Source: Haliotis rubra | Taxonomy: Eukaryota | DNA length: 64,000 nt | Assembly: GCF_003918875.1 (NCBI RefSeq) | Contig: NW_025766503.1 | Span: 496,001 to 560,000 of the forward strand | Direction of reading: 5' to 3' | Shown: piece by piece, positions 48,600 through 61,535 of the stretch | Numbering within the stretch: the first letter of the stretch is position 1 | Layout: the number at the start of each line of letters is the position of its first letter | Position numbers and translations under genes: made by a program | The notes under the pieces: model-generated | The model's input: the letters and a program-made list of their open reading frames with translations, nothing else | What the model was told of the DNA's origin: nothing | Database searches by the model: none

Positions 48600-49070
48600 T
48601 TACATGGCGTCAGGCTAGTGATCCAGGCTGGTGATCCAGCGCGTTTAAGGTGAACGGGATCGAACCCACCTGTGACCGGGTGTAAAACCTTGGAGTCAAC
48701 TTTGTGTGCAGAATCTTTCAGTGTTGTCACAACCCCTATTGTACAGTACGCAAGGTACAATAACCTTGGACAAAGTGAGTGAGTGAGTTTTAGCATTACG
48801 CTGCTTTTAGCAATATTCCAGCAATATCACGGCGGGGGACACCACAAATGGGTTTCACACATTGTACCCATGTGGGGAATCGAACCCGGGTCTTCGGCGT
48901 GACGAGCGAACGCTTTACCACTAGGCTACCTCACCACCCCCTTGGACAAAGTACTGTGACTATGTGTCCCAGTCCACCCAGCTGTGAATAGGTACGTCGT
49001 AAGGATGGGAAAGCCACATTAACTTGGTGCGTCTAGTGGCTGCACGAGTTGAGTTGAGATACAATTTGAT
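48600..49070 (+). mobile_element. Older SINE (Meta/CORE-domain-like) interrupted by a younger SINE
   Basis: B-box-like GGGATCGAACCC, GTCAACTTTGTGTGCAGA and CAGTCCACCCAGCTGTGAATAGGTAC. Confidence 0.5.
48777..48939 (-). mobile_element. tRNA-derived SINE (family 2), full length, 13 bp TSD
   Basis: On the minus strand: A box TAGCCTAGTGG, B box GGTTCGATTCC, (ACTC)n tail. CCTTGGACAAAGT at 48764-48776 and 48940-48952. Confidence 0.9.
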
Positions 49071-49144
49071 TACACATCATCTTACTTCTTTTCCTTCGTT
49101 TCACCTGCACAACTTCCACTGCCCCTGGTGAAGCAGCGAGTAGA

Positions 49145-52100
49145 AGAAGAAGAAGAAGAAGAGCTTTATTCAGTATTTAAGGCCACATGACCAAAAGTAC
49201 AATTCAATATGCAAAATATAGAACATGGTCAGGAGAACAATTTACAATTTATACAGGTAAATATAGTTTAAGATAAATTGCAATATTTTTTAGGAGTTTT
49301 ACATTCTTTGTTGCAAGCAGCTGGGTAAACTTTGATCTGGTTGGAGATATAATATAAAAATCAGGAATATACAAAGAGCGTTGTTGTGAATAAAATGGAC
49401 ATACGAGTAAGAAATGATACTCATCTTGTATCAAATTACAATTACATTTATCACATTTAATGGAATCAGCATTTACCTTATTAAAACGGTTGTGTTGATT
49501 TTTAAGTTTATGACTCATGCATCTGAATTTAAATAAAACTCGTAAGAGATCTTTATCATAGCAAAACTCTGATATATATTTTTCCGGTTCAAGTACAGAT
49601 TTATATGACGAGTAATGATTTAAGAATGATGAAGAAGTGATTTTTGCATACCAATTCTGTATATCTATATCTTTACATCTCTGTTTAAAAACACTTATAA
49701 AACTTGTTACATCGCCACAATCTTGCGATAACCACACAAAAGAAAACCCAGAGTGAAATAAAAGTAAACGTACATGGGATACCCAATTGCGACCACCATT
49801 GTCGTCGTATGTTTTTAACATCTCATAGCATGCCTTTGGAATACGATAACTTTCCATATTCAGGAGTCTACACCAGTACTTTATACAACGGGTGAAATAC
49901 TGTACACAAAGATGGCTTCTACCTGTTTCACCAAGTACAATATTTGAAGATACAGTTTTGCTAACACGAAGATATCTTTTGAAATAATAAGTTTGTAATT
50001 TTTCAATGTTTGCACGATAGGTAAACCCCCATATTTCTGCACCATAAAGCAGAATCGGTGCAATTTTGCTGTCAAATATAGTAGATGCCACATTCAAAGA
50101 GATATTTTGATAAGTTCTGAAAAGAGAAAATATCGGAAATGAAGCCTTCCTAGCTTGTAAAGCTAATGTTTCACATGCTTTAGACCAGTACAATTTTGAT
50201 GTGAAAACAATACCAAGATATTTATAATGAGATAAAACCTTCATGTTTGTACCATCATAAAGCCATTTTTCGTTATTTCGAAGATAGCCACCATTCCTGA
50301 AAACAATAATGCAGGATTTATCTAAGTTAACTTCTAGACCCCATTTGATACAAAATGATTTTAATGTATCCAGCTTTTTTTGTAAACCTATTACTGTGTC
50401 ATCAATGAGAGTGACGTCATCTGCGAATAACCATAAAAGTATATCATTCATACCATTTTTCACAAATATTCCACGTAGGCCACGTGCATTCATTTCATCT
50501 ACTAATTCGTTGATAAAGAAAATGAACAGAACAGGACTGAGAATACATCCTTGTCGTAGTCCAGATGTTGTCGAGAATACTTCTGTTCGTACACTAGATA
50601 TTTTCACACAAGCAGATACCTTATCATACATATTTTTGAGGATTCGTATTATTTTCCCATGCATACCTTTGGAGATAAGAGCATATAAAAGCTTGTTTCT
50701 GTCTATATAATCAAATGCCTTCCGAAAGTCAATAAAAGCTGCGTAAAACCGATGTTTACGTTTTCTTAAATACTTTTGGCATAGAGCTTGCAGAACGAAC
50801 ATATTATCAGCTGATGAGTAACCGGGCCTAAACCCTGCTTGACATTCATGTAGTATATCGTTTAAATCTAACCAGATACGGATTCTGACTTCGAGGATAG
50901 AAGTGAATATTTTCCCCATTACATTCAACAAAGAGATTCCACGATAGTTATTTGGTTCGTGAGTGCTTCCTTTTTTATAGAGTGGAATGATCAAGCCAAC
51001 ATTCCAGATATCAGGGAAAATGCCGCTGTCCAGTATAGCATTAAACAATATTTCTAGGTAGGGAAGTATGCATTGAGAATGTTTGAAGAATTTGGGTGGT
51101 GTTCCATCAATACCTGGGGATTTACCAGATTTTAACACTTTGATTGCATTTTCTATTTCTGTTCTGGTAATTGGTGCAGATAAAAAGTCAGTATTGTTAC
51201 AGTCCGCACAGTAATCATGCTGTGTCAAAAATGCGTCAACATTCTCATTGAACTCCATATTTGTTTCCCGACACGTCGGGTTTAACAAATTCTTAAAATA
51301 TGTCACCCACTTATCTGCCGTAATTGTGTTATTTTCATTACAATTGCTCAGTAGAGATTTTATCTTATGCCAGAACTTCTTACAGTCACCACTTTTAGCT
51401 GCACTCTGAATCTCATCAGCAATACCACCGTTAAACATTCTACTTTTATTTCTGCACAAGAGGCGAAAGTGTCTCTTTGCTTCAATGTATCTGTTTAGAT
51501 TTTCATTTGATCTGCATTTGCGGAACATATTAAGCCAGTAGAACTTATATCTTTTTGAACTTTCGCATTCTTCATCAAACCAATTAGGTTGAATATTCTT
51601 TGATTTAGGGATCTGAACATCACGACATTGAAAGTGACTTCCCACGAAGTGGAGAAACTCAACAAGTTTCTCGGTGGCACCATTGATATCAGAATAGACT
51701 AGATCAAGAAACTCATCTAATATACAACTCGCTGTACTAGACGCTACAGACTCATTGAACTTGTCTAAACCACCATTATTCCACCTGAACTTTGCGAGTT
51801 TTTCACACTCTACATGACGAACACTGGTTAATAGCGAGTTATCACCACAATCCTCGACGGATACCTCTACAATGCACGATAGAGGCAGGTGGTCAGAGTC
51901 TGACCGCGAGTGGACAAACATATCCCTAATCAAGTAAAAACAGCTGGTCGACGCCAATATAAAATCAACAAGGCTTGAGCCATTGTGTGTGATACATGTA
52001 ATAGACCCAGTTTCATCGCCTTGTGTCCTACCATTAACTATATGTATACCCCATACCTTGCACACTTCTAGCAGAGCCAGGCCATACATATTCACTGTAG

Positions 52101-52842
52101 TGTCTTGTGTTACTCTAGTTTCACTGAAACTGTCGGGAAGATACAAATCTGATAATGGTAAGAAGTTCAAATCACTATCATCTTCCAACAAATAATCATC
52201 GTTTGAGCCCACCCTCGAATTGAAATCACCTAGCAGTATTATAGGAATAGCATCACCGTAATCTGCTCTAATAGTAGCTATTTTAGAATCAAGCTCATCA
52301 ATGCCATTAGAATCTGGGTCAACATAAAGTGGGGATCCTTCTGGTAGTATGTAAAGGAATCCAGCAATGAAATTTCTCTTAAAGTGAAAAAAGACGCTAT
52401 TCTCCCAGTTGGGATATATTCTTTGGAAAACCTTCTCAAACGATTTTCGGATATAAACAGCCACGCCCCCAGAATAACGACCATATTTCCGTAACCGTTT
52501 TGCCGGTGATGCATGACATATAAATTTGTAAATAGACCATAAAGCGTAGTGGAATCGCTTTGCATCGTTTCTAAAAGACCAAAAATGTCAAACTGTGCAC
52601 AGAAATCCATAAATGAATTATCTTTTAGGTGCGAGTGCAGGCCATGAATGTTCCACGCACACATGTTCAAGTTCTTGAAGACATCAGTCCCCGAGTCTTG
52701 AGGAGTAGATCTTGTGTCCAGATCAGGGTGTAGGTCACGGCCGAGTTCCTAGGCTGAAACAGACGCCCCCTGGGTGTCCCTGACGCCGCTCCCCCGGGAC
52801 CCAGGAGGCGTCCCTCCATGGGCCCCGTGAGGACTGCGCAGC
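49145..52842 (-). mobile_element. 5'-truncated LINE (APE-RT; RTE-X-like, clade uncertain) with 15 bp TSD
   Basis: GAAGCAGCGAGTAGA at 49130-49144 and 52843-52857; AATAAA and (TTC)n 3' tail. Confidence 0.92.
49249..52670 (-). CDS. LINE ORF2: AP endonuclease + reverse transcriptase + C-terminal Cys/His knuckle; one frameshift near 52500
   Basis: WNIHGL, LGDFNSR, SDHLPL, YRGISLL, FIDFRKAFD, GLRQGCILSP, LFADD, YKYLG, DEYHFLLVCPFY. Confidence 0.95.
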
Positions 52843-53134
52843 GAAGCAGCGAGTAGACGGTTGGTAAGGGTCATCAGTAGCATAGTCGACAGGTTTAACT
52901 GTCTACACATCCGCCATTCTTCCGCATTGGGGAGTTTTGCTTGTATAGAATTAGTACGCCTTTATGTTGGATTTGTGCTGGTAGACTTACGGTTGGAGGT
53001 GATGAGTGTTTCTACATTTGGGCGAACACGTGAGTATTCATGGAGGGTATCAGGTTATAGTTCTCACAGATATAATCCACGGCTCTGCATCCATTCTATT
53101 GATAGCGGACACAGCAGACGGTAGGTGGTTGTTT

Positions 53135-53810
53135 TCTTTTCTTCAACAAGCAGGCATAGATACCACATTCTCCGCGTCCTCCCGCCTCAACAACATTCTC
53201 TGTCAATGGAAGAAAACCACCCACCGTCAATAACAACAACCCGAAATGTGTTATTTATAAAATACACTGTGATTGTGAACAGAGCTGCACAGGCGAAGCA
53301 TCGCGACCCATCAACACCCGAGTTAAAGAACGTCGCACCCCATTTACCAATTCCGACAGCAAATCAGCCATCTCTGACCACATCAAAGCAAACCCCAATC
53401 ACTACATTGAGTAATCTGACATCACCATCCTTGCTTAACAACCAAACGGACTTCACTAAACGCATGCTCACCGAAGCCATTTACATCAAACGTCAAAAGC
53501 CCACCATCAACCGAGGCGAAGGATACTTTTTCTATCTTCTTCTGATGCACTCCTCCACCAAGCCAAATCTATTGTATAAACATCTCCTTTTATAAACTAC
53601 TGCTTTATTTGTACATCTCTGACTTCCACGCCCTTACCATGGTCTACTCACATGCTGCATCAGCTCACTGCCAAGCCAAGCATATTAATTATGTTGTTTT
53701 CGTTGTTACATTCGGTATATATACATCTCCTCCTCTTCATGTATCATTTCTACTTGACCACGGTACCAGAATCTGTATCGAAACGTCGCACTCACGTAAT
53801 AAAGAAAGTT
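53135..53810 (+). pseudogene. Penelope-like element 3' relic with GIY-YIG endonuclease
   Basis: VIYKIHCDCEQSCTGEASRPINTRVKE...SAISDHI...KRMLTEAIYIKRQKPTINRGEGY; downstream CGAAACGTCG...AATAAA. Confidence 0.75.
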
Positions 53811-54185
53811 TTGCAATATTGTATGTCCTTGAAAGTGGAAACTCAGCAATGACGCACGACGAGAAAGGAGTGAACTTTATGTTTTGGTGTTACAGATTTT
53901 AACGTTGTCTTAGCGTTTATCTTTGTAGTAATGCTTGCTTCAAGCAATTCGGATACATTATCACATACTTAGGAAGAGTATATTTTCCCTTAAGAAATCT
54001 ATTAATTGATCTCTTATCATTTAACTTGCTTTTAAAAAAAAGTCATTTACCTAAACAGATGTTATTATTAGTCTTCAAAATACTTACATAAAAGCAATAA
54101 AAATGAAATGAACCCATAATCACAATCTCTGCTAAGAGCTGAGTCGATCACACAGTTCCAACTACATCATGAACACCACCAAGCA

Positions 54186-54612
54186 GTGATGATAAAAGGT
54201 GTACACAAATAGTGATGACAAATGGGGTACACGAATAGTGATGATAAAAGGTGTACACAAATAGTGATGACAAATGGGGTACACGAATAGTGATGATAAA
54301 AGGTGTACACAAATAGTGATGACAAATGGTGTACACGAATAGTGATGATAATAAGTGCACACAAATAGTGATGACAAATGGTCTACACGAATAGTGATGA
54401 TAATAAGTGTACACAAATAGTGATGACAAATGGTGTACACGAATAGTGATGATAAAAGGTGTACACAAATAGTGATGACAAATGGTGTACACGAATAGTG
54501 ATGATAATAAGTGTACACAAATAGTGATGATAAAAGGTGTACACAAATAGTGATGACAAATGGGGTACACGAAAAGTGATGATAATAAGTGTACACAAAA
54601 AGTGATGATATT
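54186..54612. repeat. 26 bp minisatellite with alternating variants
   Basis: AATAGTGATGATAAAAGGTGTACACA / AATAGTGATGACAAATGGGGTACACG. Confidence 0.95.
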
Positions 54613-57600
54613 AAGCATACACAAAAAGTGAGCTTTTCCTGCCCCAGCGGTGACGACACACTATAACATACAATACATGTCAAAATTAGACAGGTAGAGT
54701 TTTGACCGATCTCTAAATATTAAAAGACATTGTTTTATAGAATCACAAACACCCTAAAATCATTAAGCTGCAAGAAATAATAAATGGCAATAAATGCTAT
54801 TTAGGTCCCGCTATTTATAGGTCGAGTTTGCCAGATTCCCATTGTCTGACCTCCGTAAAAGTGTAGGTGTTGGGATCGATTCAGTCTGTTTCAATCCTTC
54901 ACGATTGTTATTTGTAAGTGTTCCACTTGTCTCATCATGGCTCACCAGGGGAAGTCTGTATAAAGTTGCCCCCAGTTAGGTAGTTCACTCTGCAAGTGTT
55001 AGTAACGAACCTCCAGTTCCCTGTCCTTCGGGTGTCATTATATATGTTAATGACATTGTTTAAAGGCGACATTGCAATGATTAAACGCACTTTTGCGACA
55101 ATATTGCCAAGGTGTGCTGAAAGCGTGAGGAAAGCACGCACCTTCTGATAGCACCTAATTACTTGCATAAGTAGACGATTGGTCGTCTAAAAGCTGTCCA
55201 GTGCACCCAGCGGATTATCTGTATTGGTGGACTCCAATGGTGTCTCCAACCAATGTAGCTATTAGTGTGTCTGCACAGGAAGTCGACCTTTTTCATTTCC
55301 AATATGCACAGGAGGTAAACACAATTGCTAATCCTACTGTTTATCCTAAGCTTTAGGTAAGTGGTCAACAAAGAAACGCAGAAGTCCACCTCAGATTTTG
55401 CTGTAGATACCCTACATATATCCATGCTCGACCTTGCGTGCATGAACCCGCAATTAGTGGCCTGCTATGTCTCAGCCATGCTCTGACACACGGATTAACT
55501 GCTACCACTGAAGGTACATTTTCTTTATTCAATTTCAAGTGAAGGCGATTAACAAATAGTTATTATTGTTTCATTTCACGAGTCAAGTGTGAACAAGCTA
55601 TTTCAATTGGCAGAGTGTAAAATGAAGGTTACAAATGAACACATCATTACACAATAGTAACTGCGTAGGTTAACCAATGCTAGCTAAAATACCTGAAGTG
55701 AACAGGTCCAGCACAAGCGTATTTTCGAAACCCCAGACCTCAGATCTATGCAACAATAATGGTGAAACAGTTTCAGCTGACAGTCAACTGATACAATCCT
55801 AACCATTTCAACAATAATACTTTCCTCAAAACAGCAAATATTGCTTTGAAGATTTGCTAGAAAAAACCTTGATGGCTTTGCAAAATCAACCATTCCTAGA
55901 AAAGACAATATCTAGAAGGTCATAATTGCGCTATACTCAGTGCGAGACCTTTTTCCATGTTTAAATTGTATCCAATTTCTTGAATATAATGTAATAACAT
56001 TTTACTTGACCGTACGTGTGCTGCCAGGAGCAAATGTACGACTTCGTGAGAAAGACTTTAAACCGGCAATGGCCGTCTAGGCTGTGATAAGGAAGATAAC
56101 CTGTAAGTCAATGGACTGTTGTGTTGCTTCGCCAAAAGGTTTCGGTTTGTATTTAGGAACTTCATTAATGCAAAGAAAAATAAATTGTGCACAACTCGTC
56201 TTTTAGAATATACACGAGGAAAATGGAAAGTTTGTCTGGGTTTTTCTGATAGCCTCTAGAAACATTTCTTGTTTCTCTAATGTACATTGATGTTTGTAGT
56301 TTTAGCTCCAATGTTACTCGTCAACCCAGTACATAATGATAACTAAACGTGACAGTTTCGTGAGGCAACAATACACTGTGTGATTCAGCCGTAAATCATA
56401 TTGACACATTTTGTTGTACATGATACATAAAATATAAAAGAAACAGTAGCAAGTACAAAGTTTGGTGTAATTTAAAATGCAGAATCATTACATGTAATCA
56501 TCAGAACGACCAGTGTACCTGTGGGCGTGGTAAATCTCATGCAAGTCAATCACATGTTTTTACATCCAGGAAAACTGTACTTCGATCTATCAACTCTTTT
56601 AGAGTTCATTGTGTTGAAACTCCGCTATACACAATATATGAGATAAAACATGATATTGGAATGTATTCAAGTCAAATGGTAACTAAAATGATACGGCTTA
56701 AAAACACAAAAATTAGTTATTTTCTTATTTTGGAAATTATCACGGACAAGATAAAGATGATGAGCTTGCCTTGGGTGACTTATTATCAGTTGGATTTGAG
56801 TTGGAGTTACAATGAGTTGGTTTGTGCTATTATTACTGACAATTCTGGGGTCCCTCTTCATAAAAATAACAAAGCTTGTGGATTAGAGTGCCTATGTAAT
56901 GAGTATATCAAAGCTTCAAGTTATCTCACATGCTATGTCAATGACACGTTGTTCAACATGTTCCTAATAGCGGTGCATTACTTGAAGCCTACTCTTACCT
57001 AGTTGACCTTTTTAACAAAGCCAAGACCGGATTCAGGAAAAACATTCAACTACTGATCATATGGTTGTAGTTTAAAAGCACTCATCGAAGCATACTTAAA
57101 CTATAATAAGAGACTGTGTAGTGCATTTGTGTTTTTAATAAGACCTTAGACATGGTTTGGCGCTATTGATTAGGGTACAAAATGATATTTGAAAACGCTT
57201 TTATGTTATCAATAACATGTAAAAACACTGCAGTAAGGCAAGGCGAAAACGTGTCGTCGTTTCTTTTGATCGTATATTTAAACGGCCTTGAGTAATTTTT
57301 GTCAGATAATGACATCAATCTGGAAAAAGGAAGTTTCCTCAAGGTACTGATAATGTCCTATGCGGATGTGTCTGTCCCAAAGTTTGAAAGACCTTCCTAA
57401 TTTAAACTATGTATTTGAAAATTACTGTAATCACCGGAGTCTCAAGGAGAATACAGAATATAACAGCTGCTTATAAAAACTATACATACTATGCTATAAA
57501 TAGCTTCTATTGAAATCGGCCGTACATTTAGTCTTTAAAATAATATTCATTTCACAATATGTCTTTCTAGATATTGTATTTTAAACAATGGGAGATTTTG

Positions 57601-58164
57601 CAAAGTCTTTCATATTTTTTTTGCAAGAGATGTTTGTTGTCATCCATCGACAATCAACCGATCGTCCAGAAAACATCAGCAAACGGATTTCGTTGAGGAC
57701 CATCGCAGTTCTGGTCTACTACGAATGACACCTCCAAAGAAGGAAACAGCTTTTCTCGGTCCCACACGACTTCATCCGTTCATGTCAATGGGTGTCTTGA
57801 GAACATAGCTTGGTCGATGTCACTGGAATTAGGGGTCACTAGGAAGGGTCCACTGGTCGGATAATAGTCGATTTCTTTTGTTTATGACTGATAGCCGAGC
57901 ACGTGTTTGGTACCGAAGAAACACTTCATATGTCATTTCCCCCATGTTTGCTTCCATGCTTAATGATAACATACCATTACTATGCAAAATGGGAAGTGTT
58001 GCGATACTTTTCTCCATGTGTATATATCCGAGTTTCACAAAATCATGGAAATTACTTGTCCCTGCTTTAATGCTTACTGCTACACAGATATGGCCCGACT
58101 GATTAGCAACTCACAAACAATGTTATATCCTCCAGTGTAAGGCACACCAGCGAACATATTGCTG

Positions 58165-58670
58165 TCAGGGTGTGTGTGAACCCCTCAAGGATACACTTTA
58201 TAACGTGTAGGACTTCAGGGTGTATGTGAACCCCTCAAGTATACACTTTATAGCGTGTAGGTCTTCAGGGTGTGTGTGAACCCCTCAAGGATACACTTTA
58301 TAGCGAGTAGGTCTTCAGGGTGTATGTGAACCCCTCAAGTATACACTTTATAGCGTGTAGGTCTTCAGGGTGTATGTGAACCCCTCAAGTATACACTTTA
58401 TAGCGAGTAGGTCTTCAGGGTGTATGTGAACCCCTCAAGTATACACTTTATAGCGAGTAGGTATTCAGGGTGTATGTGAACCCCTCAAGTATACACTTTA
58501 TAGCGTGTAGGTCTTCAGGGTGTATGTGAACCCCTCAAGTATACACTTTATAGCGAGTAGGTCTTCAGGGTGTATGTGAACCCCTCAAGTATACACTTTT
58601 TAGCGTGTAGGTCTTCAGGGTGTATGTGAACCCCTCAAGTATACACTTTATAGCGTGTAGGTCTTCAGGG
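58165..58670. repeat. 50 bp minisatellite (10 copies)
   Basis: Tandem CAGGGTGTATGTGAACCCCTCAAGTATACACTTTATAGCGTGTAGGTCTT. Confidence 0.97.
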
Positions 58671-59146
58671 GACACACAGCATGTCACTATGTTGTTGGGT
58701 CATGACGAACGGCAACTGGGATGTCGCAAGATGTACTGTTGTGAGAGTTACCATTCTTTCTGTTCTTCAAAATGATAAAGAATGCAGGCATATGTATGAC
58801 GTCATCACGTTTTGGTCTCTAATTATTGTACCATATGAAATAAGGAATGAGAGACACAGTTCAGCAACCATATTTTGTTGACGTGAAACTTGATTGCAGT
58901 GGTTTTGTTAACTTTAAGTAACACATTTCATTATTCTATACACTCTTACTTGGTGTTAACTCAGTATCGCAATATGAACTAATAGTTAACATATATTCTT
59001 TACAGAAGGACACATCGTACAACATGGTGGGTGTGGAAGACATCACAAGTCTACCTACCTACTTGAGAGTGTTGTTTTTTTAAACTTTGGTATTTTGTGT
59101 CATTTATTCCTTCGTTACAAACAGATATGTTATAAGTACATGTAAA

Positions 59147-59318
59147 TGAGTGAGTGAATGAGTGAGTATGGTTTAACGCCGCTTTTAGCAATATTCCAGC
59201 AATATCACAGCGGGGGACACCAGAATTGGGCTTCACACATTGTACCTATGTGGGGAATCGAACCTGGGTCTTAGGCGTGACGAGCGGACGCTTTAACCAC
59301 TGGGCTGCCCCATCGCCA
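59147..59318 (-). mobile_element. tRNA-derived SINE (family 2)
   Basis: Copy of 48777-48939. Confidence 0.88.
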
Positions 59319-61231
59319 CAGAACATTAAGTACAGCTACTGCATAAAAGATGATACAAATGTTTCTGTTGTCATCCAGGTCCACCCAGTGTCAAAGACTG
59401 AATATTGACAGTAATGGAACCATTCGCTATTAAATTATCGGTATCATTGTTTATCTTTGAGATGAATCTTTCAACCATACATATCCCTTTTAAAACTTTC
59501 TGATAGTTGATAAATTTTGGGTTTGTCTTTCTGATATTATGTTACACAGATAGATATAGCTTGTATTGTGCTTTGCAGATACTTATTTTTATTTATTAGT
59601 CTGTAATGAACCAAACTAAATATTCTGTGATCGTTTCATGACATTCCCAGTAAACATGATAAATTCCTTCATTCATTACATTGCAAACGCTGTATATATC
59701 ACAGTTCCATGTAAAAACCCGTGTTGAAAATGACTTCAACATCTTACATCTGAAAAACCCTGTCTGTAGACGTTGAAATCTTTATACCAACCAGAGACAA
59801 TCATCAAACATTATTTCCCATTTATGGATAACATTTTACTATCTACGTCTATAAATTTGTCATTAAGAATCCTTGAACTTTTAGATGATTTCATAACATC
59901 CCATTGGCGGTCAGATTACGTTTATAGTACTATTAGTTCGAATTCTATTTTCCAGGATTCAGGCAAAATGTGTGGAACATAGTTGTGATCTAAATTTGTT
60001 CCTGTTATTATATATTTATATTTCAAATTTTGAAAAGGTATCAAACCATTTTAATCACACAGGTCCTTGATTGTCAATATTCCTTTATCAGCCCCGTGTC
60101 TTAGGAAATGAAAAGGGGTTTTAAAATTATGATTGGTCCGTTAAGTCTGTGACAGAATGTTATCAATGTTGTCTACCTCTTCATGAAGCCAGGCGTGCAT
60201 TAAAAGATACAACGCCTGGCCTATTAACGGATGTGTTTCTACAATACAATTTCAGTGAAGATATAAATACAAAGCTTCAGTTGAACAGGGGGGCGGTTAA
60301 ATCGGTTACAATTTTTTCAGTAAGTTCTATAGGAAATCAATAGTCGGTTGTACATATATACATTGTGTGTTTAACCTTTGTCATCAAACAATCAACAGGT
60401 ATATTTTCTGAATTTATTTCCAACATTATCGAGAAAATATCATATATTTTGCCTCTACAATGCGCTTTACTTTCACTTTCGTATTTGTCAAGAAAATTAT
60501 CAAACATTCTTATCATTGCTCTCACCTGATCCAGTATTCTTCCATAACGTGGTCATGGTTGACATCCTGACGTTGATGCTTCCCCACTCACCTCAAACAG
60601 GCGTTCATCAGTATGATAAATATACACGTCCAAGACATTTACTGTGTATCTTGGTCTCGTCATCAGATATATGGAAAAGCACGAAATCAATCTCCCTCCT
60701 TCTGTTGCTTATAGCAGATGATATTTATTCAGATCCCGAGCCATCAGAGACTAACACAACCAGTAACGTAGGATATTTCACTCACATATCCCACGTAAAC
60801 GGCATAAACCGACTACAACGTACGATACTATTTGCGATTTCGATGAGGTATTCGTCTTTGAATCCCACCTAATCGCCAGCTTTCAGTTAGGGGGAAGAGT
60901 ATTTGGGAATTGGTATAATTGTATTTTTGTCCTTATCTATTTATGTAAAGCATATAACAGACATGGACGTATTATGTATATTGGACTGTCCTAGTGCACA
61001 CTATAAGAACTGCCTTTCATATTTTCGTGACATCATCCTCGTTGATATCAGAAAAAAACCATCTCTTCAATGAGAATAGTCAGAACTTTTGTGATATAGT
61101 AATACAAAAGAACTTTCGCAGTTTTAATCACGCAACCCGAATTACAACACATTCCATTATATTCCTTGGTCCTGCTTTTGTAAGTAATGATAATAGCAAT
61201 TGATCCTTAATTGTTGTACTTGCATTTTAGT

Positions 61232-61535
61232 AAACCATAGATTACGAAAACCTTTGGTGATAATATTGTCATTCCACTGTGCATAATTTTTAATCGAACG
61301 CTAAAATATGAATTATTTCCATAAAGCTGGAAACTGTCTGACATCATGCCTCTATTCAAGAAAGGTGACAAAGCATCGCCTTCACACCACAGACCAGTTA
61401 GCCTGTTATCAGCTATTGGGAAATTACCAGAGATATAAGTCTATAAATACTTCCATGACCATTTAGATATGAATATTGTCCTGTAGAAATATCAGTCTGG
61501 TTTCGTGCAAGAACACTCTACTGCGTACCAATCAA
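61232..61535 (+). pseudogene. CR1-type LINE RT fragment
   Basis: PLCIIFNRTL..FP.SWKLSDIMPLFKKGDK...HRPVSLLSAIGKL...YQSGFVQEHST. Confidence 0.8.

Noticed and set aside
48777-48939. tRNA gene (also 59147-59318)
   Set aside because: tRNA-like head carries a SINE body, microsatellite tail and TSD.
54935-58102. Short ORFs as host genes
   Set aside because: No recognisable domain or consistent exon structure.
13153-58670. Tandem arrays as CRISPR loci
   Set aside because: Units are head-to-tail with no unique spacers, there are no cas genes, and the context is eukaryotic.
59600-60870. Possible further minus-strand LINE relic (also 45850-46100)
   Set aside because: Only faint motif traces; too degenerate to call.
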